A DNA stretch of 64,000 bases from Crocinitomicaceae bacterium (lineage in GTDB: Bacteria; Bacteroidota; Bacteroidia; Flavobacteriales_D; Crocinitomicaceae). Location of the stretch: the NCBI GenBank assembly GCA_044372045.1, contig JBILSN010000006.1:11390-75389 (forward strand), given 5' to 3'. Below the pieces are notes generated by a model, which worked only from the letters and a program-made list of their open reading frames with translations, did not search any database and was not told the DNA's origin. Positions 47,097-55,285 of this stretch are shown here, piece by piece. The first letter of the stretch is position 1. Each line of letters starts with the position of its first letter. The position numbers were made by a program, and so were the translations under genes.

Positions 47097-48053
47097 TTAT
47101 TTTAAAGTAAAGCTGTCTGTTCCGATTAATGCGCCATCACAATAAATTCTGACTTTGTAAGCGCCTTTGGCTGCGGCTTCTCCCTTGAGCTCATAGTAAA
47201 TGGTGAGGTCGAGCGCTTGGTTTTGATAATCTACTTCTTTACGTTGAGAGTAAGCAACTGTTCCGCTTTCTGTTTCGGTTACAAAATTACTACTGCCTTG
47301 TAGGATTTCTCCGTTTGGTGCGATAATTTGGAGGTAAACGCTCTTACGACCGGAAGCAGCGAGGGGGTTTTCAGAAAGTGTAAAGCTACTGCGGAATTGC
47401 ACGGCATTTTTAGCGCGGTCAGTGACATCCATCGCATTATTTAGGCGTTGTTTGAGCGCTTCCGATTGAATGCCGTAGGCCTGAAGTTTACTTCCTTTTT
47501 TAACTTGTTGTTGCGATTCTTCAGCTTGCTTGCGATAGGTATCTCTTTCATTGGTGGTGGTGGATAACTTAACATTGGTTTCTTCTAAACGGCTTCCTAA
47601 ATCAATATTGAGGGTATTCAATGAATCGATGGTACGTGCATAGCTGCGCATAATTGAGCGTAGTGTTTCATTTTCTTTTCGGGCTTTGACTAAATCTCGA
47701 GCGGTCATTTTGGAGCGGTCGAGTTTTTGCAATAAAGAGGTGATTTGCGCTTTTTGTGCGTTGAGGCTATCGGCTTTAGAGGCGTCTTTTTCGATGAGTT
47801 TGTTGTAGTTACGAAGCATCTGTTGTAGGTCTTGCTTGAGGTCTTGTTTCATGTTACCAGTGTAGCCAGAAAGTGCAGCTTCCATATCCGCCATATCGGA
47901 AAGCAATGCTGAATTTTTGTTGTTACAGGTGTTAAGCGCTGCGCGCTGTCTTGACCAAGCGAGTGTGAGCCCCGCGAGCCCTGCGAGTAAAATAAAGATG
48001 AAAATGAAATAAAAGCTATTTGACTTTTGCGGTGTTTGAGGTTGTGTTTCCAT
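47097..48053 (-). CDS. Membrane-anchored coiled-coil protein with a beta-rich C-terminal domain, unknown function
   Basis: N-terminal TM FYFIFIFILLAGLAGLTLAW. About 170 aa of heptad-like sequence. C-terminal about 100 aa is beta-rich (VYLQIIAPNGEIL...YKVRIYCDGALIG). Confidence 0.55.
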   Translation of the reverse strand: METQPQTPQKSNSFYFIFIFILLAGLAGLTLAWSRQRAALNTCNNKNSALLSDMADMEAALSGYTGNMKQDLKQDLQQMLRNYNKLIEKDASKADSLNAQKAQITSLLQKLDRSKMTARDLVKARKENETLRSIMRSYARTIDSLNTLNIDLGSRLEETNVKLSTTTNERDTYRKQAEESQQQVKKGSKLQAYGIQSEALKQRLNNAMDVTDRAKNAVQFRSSFTLSENPLAASGRKSVYLQIIAPNGEILQGSSNFVTETESGTVAYSQRKEVDYQNQALDLTIYYELKGEAAAKGAYKVRIYCDGALIGTDSFTLK

Positions 48054-48116
48054 ACAATGGTTAATTTGTCAATCAAAAATACAAAAGAAATTCTTGCAAT
48101 TCTCTTGAGCAGTAAA

Positions 48117-49562
48117 CTATTGGTGCAGTTGCCAGCAGACTTCCTTTGTGAAGCGCAAAATACTGTCGGGGCCAACTGCAGTAAAACGCGCGTCACTGCT
48201 GGCCGGGTAGGCCCCGCCGTGGTGCATGGCTTCTGTGACACTCACACCTGTGGGCACCCCATTGATAATTGCTCTACCTACTTTTTCCTCTATGAATTGA
48301 TTAAGAACAGGATGAATATCGAGGGGGTTGTTTGTAAAAATACTAATGGTGAGTTGGCCATTGATTTTTTCAAAGAGTGGTTGTAGTACATTTTCATTTT
48401 CAAAAGGGCTCAAAACAGCGAAGGGTCCGAATACTTCCTCTGATAAGGTGGATTCGCTCAGGAGCAGTTCAGGGGTGGTTTGGGCAATTCCCCAAAGTCC
48501 TTTAAGGCCATCTTTGTTCATATTTGATTGATAAGGTTTTACGCCTTTCACTTGAAATACTTGTCGTTTACGCGCCTCAAATTTTTGATAAATATCGGGG
48601 TGTAACATCGGAACGGCAGTTTGAGCTGCGAGGGCACTTAATAGCAACTTTATAAAAGTTTCATAATGGGTGGCATCCACGAGCACAAGCCCAGGCTTGG
48701 TGCAAAATTGACCCGCATCTGTACAGACGGAGCGCGCTAATTGTTGCGCAATTGTTTCTATTTGACCGCTTTGAAGATCTGAACAAAGGATTACAGGATT
48801 CAAGCTACCCATTTCGGCAAAAACTGGAATGGGTCGAGGACGTTGTGCAGCGAGGTCCATGAATGTGCGGCCACCTTTAATGCTGCCGGTAAAACCAATT
48901 GCTTGAATTTGAGGGTGCTGTGCAAAAGTAGTGGCCCAATAATAGGTATTGTCAATGACATGACTAAAAATGCGGTCTGGAAGATTTAATTCTTGCAATG
49001 CGCGCTTCATGCAGTTGGCCACAGCCAGGCTGGTGCCTACGTGCATGGGGTGTGCCTTGACCACTACACAACAACCTGCAGCTAAAGCCGCGGTGGTATC
49101 ACCACCCATTGTGGAATACGCAAGCGGAAAATTTGAGGAGCCCAAAACTAAAACAGGGCCAAGGGCCATGCGCTTTTTGAGAAGGGTTTTGTTTTCAAGT
49201 GGGAGTTTATTTTGCTTTTGCCAAGAAATTTGTTGGATATGCTCGGCAAAGACGGAGATCGTATGCGTGAGTCGGGTAAATTCCGATTCAAATCTTTCTT
49301 TGGAGAGCCCACTTTCTCTACAATAAACCTCTTGTATGTTTAATTTATCTTGTTGTAAAAAAGAGGCGATGCGAAGCAATAGTGCCGCCCTTTGGGTTGG
49401 TGTTGTTGTCCTGAATCGGGTTTGGGCTTCTTGAATGTTATTTTCCCATTCTTGCAAGAAGGAATTCGGCGTTGGAAAATACAATTGTGTATCCCAAGTG
49501 TTGAGGGCGGCTTGAAAGGTTCTAAAACCTTTGTTCATTTGCTTATACTTCCGTGAGCTCAA
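48117..49562 (-). CDS. NAD(P)-dependent aldehyde dehydrogenase (2,5-dioxovalerate / alpha-ketoglutaric semialdehyde dehydrogenase-like)
   Basis: Catalytic Glu context FAEMGSLNP and catalytic Cys context GQFCTKPG. Confidence 0.8.
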   Translation of the reverse strand: MSSRKYKQMNKGFRTFQAALNTWDTQLYFPTPNSFLQEWENNIQEAQTRFRTTTPTQRAALLLRIASFLQQDKLNIQEVYCRESGLSKERFESEFTRLTHTISVFAEHIQQISWQKQNKLPLENKTLLKKRMALGPVLVLGSSNFPLAYSTMGGDTTAALAAGCCVVVKAHPMHVGTSLAVANCMKRALQELNLPDRIFSHVIDNTYYWATTFAQHPQIQAIGFTGSIKGGRTFMDLAAQRPRPIPVFAEMGSLNPVILCSDLQSGQIETIAQQLARSVCTDAGQFCTKPGLVLVDATHYETFIKLLLSALAAQTAVPMLHPDIYQKFEARKRQVFQVKGVKPYQSNMNKDGLKGLWGIAQTTPELLLSESTLSEEVFGPFAVLSPFENENVLQPLFEKINGQLTISIFTNNPLDIHPVLNQFIEEKVGRAIINGVPTGVSVTEAMHHGGAYPASSDARFTAVGPDSILRFTKEVCWQLHQ

Positions 49563-49794
49563 AATGATAGCTCTCCATAATTTGGTTAGCTAACATTTTT
49601 TTGCAGGCGGTATCCACCATTTGTTCTGCTTCTGCCTTGTTTGCAGCTTCTAAGAAAAGGCGAATGTGTTTGCCAATACGAACGCCATTAATTTGGGCGA
49701 GCCCGATGTTTTTCATAGAGTTGGTGACCGCTTTTCCTTGTGGATCTAGAAGTGCGTCAAGGGGCATGACGTCGATTTCAGCTTTGAATTTCAT
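49543..49794 (-). CDS. purS: Phosphoribosylformylglycinamidine synthase subunit PurS
   Basis: About 84 aa with MKFKAEIDVMPLDALLDPQGKAV...GVRIGKHIRL. Start re-set to ATG 49794. Confidence 0.8.
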   Translation of the reverse strand: MKFKAEIDVMPLDALLDPQGKAVTNSMKNIGLAQINGVRIGKHIRLFLEAANKAEAEQMVDTACKKMLANQIMESYHFELTEV

Positions 49795-50629
49795 GTTGTT
49801 TGAATTGAAAATTTTCAATGATGGATAAAATCAGGTACAAAATTACAATTATTGGAATGGCCCAAACCAAAAACAGTGGAATACTTATCAACGAAATAAG
49901 GAGTAAAATGTAACGATATTGGTTGCCGCGCCATTTATAATTTTTGAATTTGAGCGCTATTAATGGCAATTCTACAATCATCAAAATAGCGAATAATACA
50001 GAAATAATACTTAGGCTGTAGCAATCAAAGATCGTATAGATAAAGGTGGATTGATGACCCCAACTTGGCAGCTCGAACCAAAAATAGAGTGGAAAAAAAG
50101 CAAAGAAAATGGTTGCTGTCGGTGTTGGAATGCCAATAAACCTATCGGTTTGTCGTTGGTCGATATTGAATTTAGCCAAGCGAAACAAGGCAAAGAATGG
50201 AATGATGAGTGCTACGAATGGTAAATACTGAATGGAAGCATTATAAGTGTTGTTACGCCCGTAAAAAAAGGCTGCTTTCCAGTCTATGATTTGTGACACA
50301 ACGTATTCTTGAGCTACTCCGCCATACGTTTGGGCTCCTTCTGCATTTTTCATCAGGCCACTAGGGTCTATGCCAATAATGATCATGACAAACATAAATA
50401 AGCCAGGTGCAACGCCAAAGCTGACCATATCAGCTAAGGAATCGAGTTGTTTGCCGAGTAGACCGTCTGTTTTGGTATACCTTGCGACAAAACCATCTAA
50501 GAAATCGAGCACAGCTGCTATGGCCAGAGCGTAAATTGCCCAGTCTAGCCGACCGCTCAGGCTAAAAATAATAGAACAAATGCCACCAAGCAGGTTCAAA
50601 GAGGTGAGGAGATTGGCCAAACCAAACAT
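49778..50629 (-). CDS. pssA: CDP-diacylglycerol-serine O-phosphatidyltransferase (CDP-alcohol phosphatidyltransferase family)
   Basis: DGxxAR...GxxxDxxxD motif in LDGFVARYTKTDGLLGKQLDSLADMV. Start re-set to ATG 50629. Confidence 0.8.
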   Translation of the reverse strand: MFGLANLLTSLNLLGGICSIIFSLSGRLDWAIYALAIAAVLDFLDGFVARYTKTDGLLGKQLDSLADMVSFGVAPGLFMFVMIIIGIDPSGLMKNAEGAQTYGGVAQEYVVSQIIDWKAAFFYGRNNTYNASIQYLPFVALIIPFFALFRLAKFNIDQRQTDRFIGIPTPTATIFFAFFPLYFWFELPSWGHQSTFIYTIFDCYSLSIISVLFAILMIVELPLIALKFKNYKWRGNQYRYILLLISLISIPLFLVWAIPIIVILYLILSIIENFQFKQHEIQS

Positions 50630-50694
50630 GTGTGTGTTTTTTGTAAAAGTACCTATTAAACACAATTTTTTGTGCAATTTTGAGTTTTTGTAGC

Positions 50695-51780
50695 ATGTTT
50701 TCAATCAAAACCACTTTCTTCTTTACATTATTTGGTCTTGTTACGGCATATGCCCAAGATTTTAATCCGAAGTATGCCAACGAATTTCTAAATATGGGCG
50801 TAGGTGCAGATGCACTCGGAATGGGCTCAGCAGTGGTTGCGGACGCAAAAGGCCTCACCGCAGGTGTTTGGAACCCGGCAGGCTTGCTGCAGCAAAAGCA
50901 AACCACGGAAATCGGTCTCATGCACGCCTCCTATTTTGGTGGCTTGGCCTCTTTTGATCATATCGGAGTTTCTCGGCGTGTGAGCGCGCAAACAGTGGTG
51001 GCTATCAATGTGCTGCGTTTGGGTGTAGATAACATCTACAATACGACCCAATTGATCGACAACCAAGGAAACATTGACTACGCCCAACTTCAAACGTTTA
51101 ATAGTGCAGATTACGCCATTATTGGCTCGATGGCCAAACCTACCCGAGTTGCGCATCTGACCATGGGGGTAAGCGCAAAGGTTTTGTATCGCCACATTGG
51201 CAATTTTGCGAGCGCTTATGGCTTTGGTTTTGACGCGGGGCTCCAATACAACCCAAGTAAATTTTGGTCTGCCGGCTTGAATTTCCGCGATGCAACAAGC
51301 ACGTTTAGTGCCTGGACCTACAACCTGAGCCCAGAAATGGAGGCAACTTTTTTGGAAACTAATAATTTCTTGCCTCAAAATGGCATCGAACAAATGTTAC
51401 CAAGGTTGGTCTTGGGTATTGCAGGTAAACTTCCGCTCAAAAGTGAAAAATTTCAGCTTGGTGGTCAACTCAATACAGAATTAACCACAGACGGCCCGCG
51501 CAATACCCTGCTTTCGGGCAAGGTATTTTCATTGGATCCAAGGGTAGGGTTGTATTTGACTTACGATAACAAATTAACGCTGCGTACTGGCCTTTCGCAA
51601 TTTCAATACTTCACAGACTTTGAAGCCAAAGAAAGCCTAGCATTTCAGCCACATTTAGGAGCAGGAGTCCTACTTCAAAACTGGACGATAGACTATGCGT
51701 TTACGCGTTTAGGTTTGGGTGGCGAGGGTTATTTTACGCATTTGTTCTCGCTCAAATGGGCGTTTTCAGCGAAAAGCTGA
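50695..51780 (+). CDS. PorV/PorQ-family outer-membrane beta-barrel protein (T9SS-associated family)
   Basis: Signal peptide MFSIKTTFFFTLFGLVTAYAQ. N-terminal GVGADALGMGSAVVADAKG...WNPAGL is typical of the family. The call rests on motif recollection only. Confidence 0.55.
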   Translation: MFSIKTTFFFTLFGLVTAYAQDFNPKYANEFLNMGVGADALGMGSAVVADAKGLTAGVWNPAGLLQQKQTTEIGLMHASYFGGLASFDHIGVSRRVSAQTVVAINVLRLGVDNIYNTTQLIDNQGNIDYAQLQTFNSADYAIIGSMAKPTRVAHLTMGVSAKVLYRHIGNFASAYGFGFDAGLQYNPSKFWSAGLNFRDATSTFSAWTYNLSPEMEATFLETNNFLPQNGIEQMLPRLVLGIAGKLPLKSEKFQLGGQLNTELTTDGPRNTLLSGKVFSLDPRVGLYLTYDNKLTLRTGLSQFQYFTDFEAKESLAFQPHLGAGVLLQNWTIDYAFTRLGLGGEGYFTHLFSLKWAFSAKS

Positions 51781-52998
51781 TCAGAAAAATTTACAACTGA
51801 AAATAGCGGTGTCGTCGATGTAAGGGAGTTTTCCTTTCCAATCTTCGAGTTTGGAGAAAATAATATTGTTCATGTCTTCCATTTTTAGGGTAGAAAATGA
51901 CCGCACTTGCTTAATGAGTTGTTCCACGCCAAAAGGAGCTCCCTTTTCATTTTCGAGTTCCACCACGCCATCTGTAAAAAGCACCATTGTAGATTTGGCC
52001 TGCATTTGCATTTTCCCAACTTGTACAAATGGCAGCTCGTCGAGCATGCCAAGTCCGATGCAGCCGTCTGTCAATAGGGTCGTATTTTTTCCACTAATAA
52101 TGAATGGTTGGTTGTGCCCTGCGTTCACATAATGCAATTGACGTGTGTAGGCATTGTAATGGGCAATAAAGAACGTGATGAATTTTTCACCTTTGGCATT
52201 TTTCATCACTAATTTATTGAGCTCTTCCATTAAAAATGTCATTTCAAATCGTTGGTACTTGAAAAGTGTTCTGATTGTTGCCTGAAAATTGGCCATGAGT
52301 AGGGCAGCCGTGATACCCTTTCCACTGACGTCGCCAATGCAAATAATGTATTCTTCGTCGCCGAGTGGGATAAAATCATAGAAGTCGCCACCTACGGCAT
52401 GCCGCGGGATGTAGCGTCCAGAAATGTCCATTTTTTTATTGGAGGGCAGGTCTTGAGGAAACAGTAATTTTTGCATTTCTGAGGCAAGCTCGAGTTCTTT
52501 GGAAATCTGCTCCTTGATGGCATTTTGTGCACTCAACTTTTGATTTTCGAGTGCAACACATAAAATATTGGTCAGGGTATGCGCAAAAGAAAAATGTTCA
52601 GGTTCTAAGGATTCAGTGTTGCTGTGGGTCGATAACAGTAGATAGCCTAGTGCTTGCTCTTGGTGGTAAATGGGGATCACTGCCTGAAAATCCTGGAGCA
52701 CCGTACTTTTTGACGATGCAACGAGTGTAATCTCTTTGAAGCGCACCAATTCGGTCAAGACTTCGTTGAGGTTCATTTTGATTTTATAACCACTCTTAAT
52801 GGGTGCTAAATCTCCTTGATTGAAGATCAAAAGAAATCGGTTAAAGTGTAGTTGCTCTTTGAGAATGAAGGTAAAAATTCGGTATAAGTGTTCAACCGCT
52901 AAATTGGCATTAATAGCGTTGGTGAGCTCAAGTATAGAATGCAAACGGTTGTCTTTGAGTTCAAGGTGAGCTAATGCTGAAGTTTGCCGATGTTGCAT
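51781..52998 (-). CDS. PP2C/SpoIIE-family serine phosphatase with an N-terminal GAF-like sensor domain
   Basis: GGDFYDF, IGDVSGKG, VNAGHNQP, LFTDGVVE. Start re-set to ATG 52998, which has a promoter match upstream; the track start is TTG. Confidence 0.8.
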   Translation of the reverse strand: MQHRQTSALAHLELKDNRLHSILELTNAINANLAVEHLYRIFTFILKEQLHFNRFLLIFNQGDLAPIKSGYKIKMNLNEVLTELVRFKEITLVASSKSTVLQDFQAVIPIYHQEQALGYLLLSTHSNTESLEPEHFSFAHTLTNILCVALENQKLSAQNAIKEQISKELELASEMQKLLFPQDLPSNKKMDISGRYIPRHAVGGDFYDFIPLGDEEYIICIGDVSGKGITAALLMANFQATIRTLFKYQRFEMTFLMEELNKLVMKNAKGEKFITFFIAHYNAYTRQLHYVNAGHNQPFIISGKNTTLLTDGCIGLGMLDELPFVQVGKMQMQAKSTMVLFTDGVVELENEKGAPFGVEQLIKQVRSFSTLKMEDMNNIIFSKLEDWKGKLPYIDDTAIFSCKFF

Positions 52999-53015
52999 AG
53001 ATGTGCCGTAGGTTA

Positions 53016-53045
53016 CAAATGTAAAAGCTTTACATCTTGGGCAAA
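53016..53045 (-). promoter_or_regulatory. Candidate promoter of the PP2C phosphatase gene: TTTG, 18-nt spacer, TACATTTG
   Basis: The reverse strand has TTTG at 53045-53042 and TACATTTG at 53023-53016, 17 nt before ATG 52998. Confidence 0.45.
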
Positions 53046-53120
53046 TTGTATCGGACAATAACTTATGAAAGTAGCGTTGTTCAAAGTGAAGCCAAGATTT
53101 TCCAATAAATCCAAAAAAAT

Positions 53121-53151
53121 CTTGTTTTTCAAGAAGAAATACCTATCTTTG
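53121..53151 (+). promoter_or_regulatory. Candidate promoter of rpmE: CTTG, 19-nt spacer, TATCTTTG
   Basis: cttg at 53121-53124 and tatctttg at 53144-53151, 26 nt before ATG 53178. Confidence 0.5.
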
Positions 53152-53177
53152 CATTCCATTTTCGAAAAGTAATACAA

Positions 53178-53432
53178 ATGAAAAAAGAGATCCATCCTTC
53201 AGATTACCGTTTAGTAGTGTTCAAAGACATGTCTAACGACTACGCGTTCATCTGTCCTTCTTGTGCTGAAACCAAAGAAACCATCTCTTGGGAAGACGGC
53301 AACGAGTATCCTTTAGTGAAGCTCGATATCTCGCACAAATCTCACCCATTCTTTACCGGCATTGCACAATTTGTGGATACGGCAGGTCGTATCGACAAAT
53401 TCAAGAACCGTTACGGTCGTCACATGAAATAA
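53178..53432 (+). CDS. rpmE: 50S ribosomal protein L31, type B-like
   Basis: MKKEIHPSDYRLVVFKD...ETISWEDGNEYPLVKLDIS..SHPFFTG. Confidence 0.9.
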   Translation: MKKEIHPSDYRLVVFKDMSNDYAFICPSCAETKETISWEDGNEYPLVKLDISHKSHPFFTGIAQFVDTAGRIDKFKNRYGRHMK

Positions 53433-53456
53433 TAGACAATTACCTCATTACATATG

Positions 53457-53486
53457 AAAGGCTCCTAAATGGAGCCTTTTTTGTTT
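53457..53486. terminator. Bidirectional intrinsic terminator (rpmE on +, tsaC on -)
   Basis: aaaggctcc (53457-53465), loop taaat, ggagccttt (53471-53479), followed by a T-run. Confidence 0.8.
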
Positions 53487-54452
53487 TTATCCTTTTTCTT
53501 CCGTAAGAAATTTGGCTGCCGCCCGAGAAAGTCTGTCATTCATTGCAAGCCCAAGCCCATGGTCTGGAAAGGACTCGACATAGATTTTTTGTACACCTAA
53601 TGCATCTGCTTGGTGCAGCGTTGCATATAAATTGCGCGCAGCTGCTAAGAGTGTACCTTTTTCACTTAAAAAAAGGTGTGGGCCCTGAATGCGCGCATTT
53701 TTACCGATGGTAATTTGCAGGGCAGTTAGGTTTTCATTGGTAGGTTTGAATCCTAAAAACAAGGGTGTGTGTGTTGCGTAGTGATGTTTGACCATTCCAC
53801 TTGTTCGCACACCATTGTGTTCATGCACTTTTGAGTCTGGGCTATAACCTAATATGTTGGCTAGTGCTTCTGTGGTGATGCTCCCATGTCTGTAGATAAG
53901 CACCCGCTCGTTCTCAAGGCCAATAATTGTAGATTCTAATCCTTCCGAACATGGACCGCCATCGAGAATGTAAGGGATGCGATCATGGAGTTGTTCAAAA
54001 ACATGCGCGGCTGTTGTTGGGCTGAGTTGGCCATATAAATTGGCACTCGGCGCAGCAATGGGCCTGTCAAGCGCTAGCAAGAGTTCTTGAAGTAATGGGT
54101 GCTTCGGAAAGCGAATGGCAACCGTTTCTTGCCCTCCCGTAATGAGTGGGCTCACCAAACTGCTTTTTTGGACGATAAAAGTAAGCGGCCCGGGGCAAAA
54201 TACTTGGCGCAATTGTTCGAATACTTCAGGAAAGGTGTCTATGTATGGTAAAGCTTGTTCAAGCGTTGCAAAATGCAGGATCAGTGGGTTGCTTGTCGGA
54301 CGACCTTTTGCCTTAAAAATATCGAGTACTGCGTCGTCATTGTTGGCATCGGCGGCCAAACCATAGACGGTTTCAGTTGGGATTGCGACGGTTTTTCCAC
54401 TTTGAATCAAAGTGAGCGCTTTCTTGAGGTTGGTACCAATCTCTGTATTCAT
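53487..54452 (-). CDS. tsaC: L-threonylcarbamoyladenylate synthase (Sua5/YrdC long form)
   Basis: IAIPTETVYGLAADA, PLILH, APSANLYG, plus a C-terminal SUA5-type domain. Confidence 0.9.
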   Translation of the reverse strand: MNTEIGTNLKKALTLIQSGKTVAIPTETVYGLAADANNDDAVLDIFKAKGRPTSNPLILHFATLEQALPYIDTFPEVFEQLRQVFCPGPLTFIVQKSSLVSPLITGGQETVAIRFPKHPLLQELLLALDRPIAAPSANLYGQLSPTTAAHVFEQLHDRIPYILDGGPCSEGLESTIIGLENERVLIYRHGSITTEALANILGYSPDSKVHEHNGVRTSGMVKHHYATHTPLFLGFKPTNENLTALQITIGKNARIQGPHLFLSEKGTLLAAARNLYATLHQADALGVQKIYVESFPDHGLGLAMNDRLSRAAAKFLTEEKG

Positions 54453-54456
54453 AAGA

Positions 54457-54464
54457 CAAATTTA
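54457..54464 (-). promoter_or_regulatory. Candidate -7 box TAAATTTG, 4 nt upstream of the tsaC ATG
   Basis: The reverse strand reads TAAATTTG TCTT ATG. Confidence 0.4.
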
Positions 54465-54557
54465 GGTTCTTATTTGATAGAAAATGTTTTGCTTGATCAT
54501 TTAGCATTTTTTTCTAAAAAAAAATGCTGTTCTCATCTAAGCAATCATTTTTGCGCT

Positions 54558-54565
54558 TAACTTTG
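54558..54565 (+). promoter_or_regulatory. Candidate -7 box TAACTTTG upstream of the LuxR-type response regulator
   Basis: taactttg, 21 nt before ATG 54587. Confidence 0.35.
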
Positions 54566-54586
54566 TGTAGAATAATTCTAAATAAG

Positions 54587-55264
54587 ATGCAAATCATTCT
54601 CGCCGATAGCAATGAACTGATCCGTTTGGGTTTAAGAACCATCTTAAATTCTCAATCCGACATCAGTATAGTTGGCGAAGCCAAAAACCATGAGGAGCTC
54701 ATGGCACAGCTCAAAACCTTTGGTGCAGATGTCGTTTTGATCGACTTTACCGCTCATGGCTTCAGTATAGACACCGTTCCTAAAGCACTTGCTAAGTATA
54801 AAGCACTTCGTTTTGTTGCCTTGACAGAAGCACAGCATGCTCCAATCCTTATCGACGCGCTCAAATCAGGTGTTACGAGCTATGTTAAAAAAGATTGTGA
54901 GCTCACTGAAATCATTGATGCGGTCAAAGAAACAGCAAACGGCAAACAGTTCTTTTGCGGACAAATTCTAGAAACTATTCAAAAATCAAATATAGATCTC
55001 GACGAGCTCAACACCGAAGATTTCAATTGTGGTCCGGTGGTTTTGTCCGAGAGGGAGAATGAAATCATCACCCTTATAGCCGAAGGTCAAACCAATGAGC
55101 AAATCGCCGATATGCTTTTCTTGAGCAAACATACCGTCAATACGCACCGCAAAAATATCATGGCCAAACTCGGCGTCAAGAATACTGCCGGAATCGTTAT
55201 GTATGCCGTAAAAACCAGTTTGGTATCTCCAAATAGATTCTTGTTTGCGCCTAGTCTAGCGTAA
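54587..55264 (+). CDS. NarL/FixJ (LuxR-HTH) type response regulator
   Basis: Receiver domain (MQIILADSNELIRLGL...VVLIDF...) and LuxR HTH (LSERENEIITLIAEGQTNEQIADMLFLSKHTVNTHRKNIMAKLGV). Start re-set to ATG 54587. Confidence 0.85.
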   Translation: MQIILADSNELIRLGLRTILNSQSDISIVGEAKNHEELMAQLKTFGADVVLIDFTAHGFSIDTVPKALAKYKALRFVALTEAQHAPILIDALKSGVTSYVKKDCELTEIIDAVKETANGKQFFCGQILETIQKSNIDLDELNTEDFNCGPVVLSERENEIITLIAEGQTNEQIADMLFLSKHTVNTHRKNIMAKLGVKNTAGIVMYAVKTSLVSPNRFLFAPSLA

Positions 55265-55285
55265 GACTTCAAAAAGTCAATACGC

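Noticed and set aside
50827-51393. A 188-aa ORF antisense to the PorV/PorQ-like gene. Similar overlapping ORFs lie at 480-854, 20720-21169, 59870-60298, 60969-61307 and 62036-62365.
   Set aside because: All sit inside better-supported genes on the other strand or in another frame. They cluster in stretches that look locally more GC-rich by eye, where stop codons are rarer. None has a recognisable motif.
54503-54528. An AT-rich palindrome, AGCATTTTTTT-CT-AAAAAAAAATGCT, between tsaC and the LuxR-type regulator
   Set aside because: The stem is almost entirely A-T, so it would be weak as RNA. It lies in a divergent promoter region where no terminator is needed. It is probably a product of homopolymer runs. 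I cannot exclude an operator, but nothing supports one.
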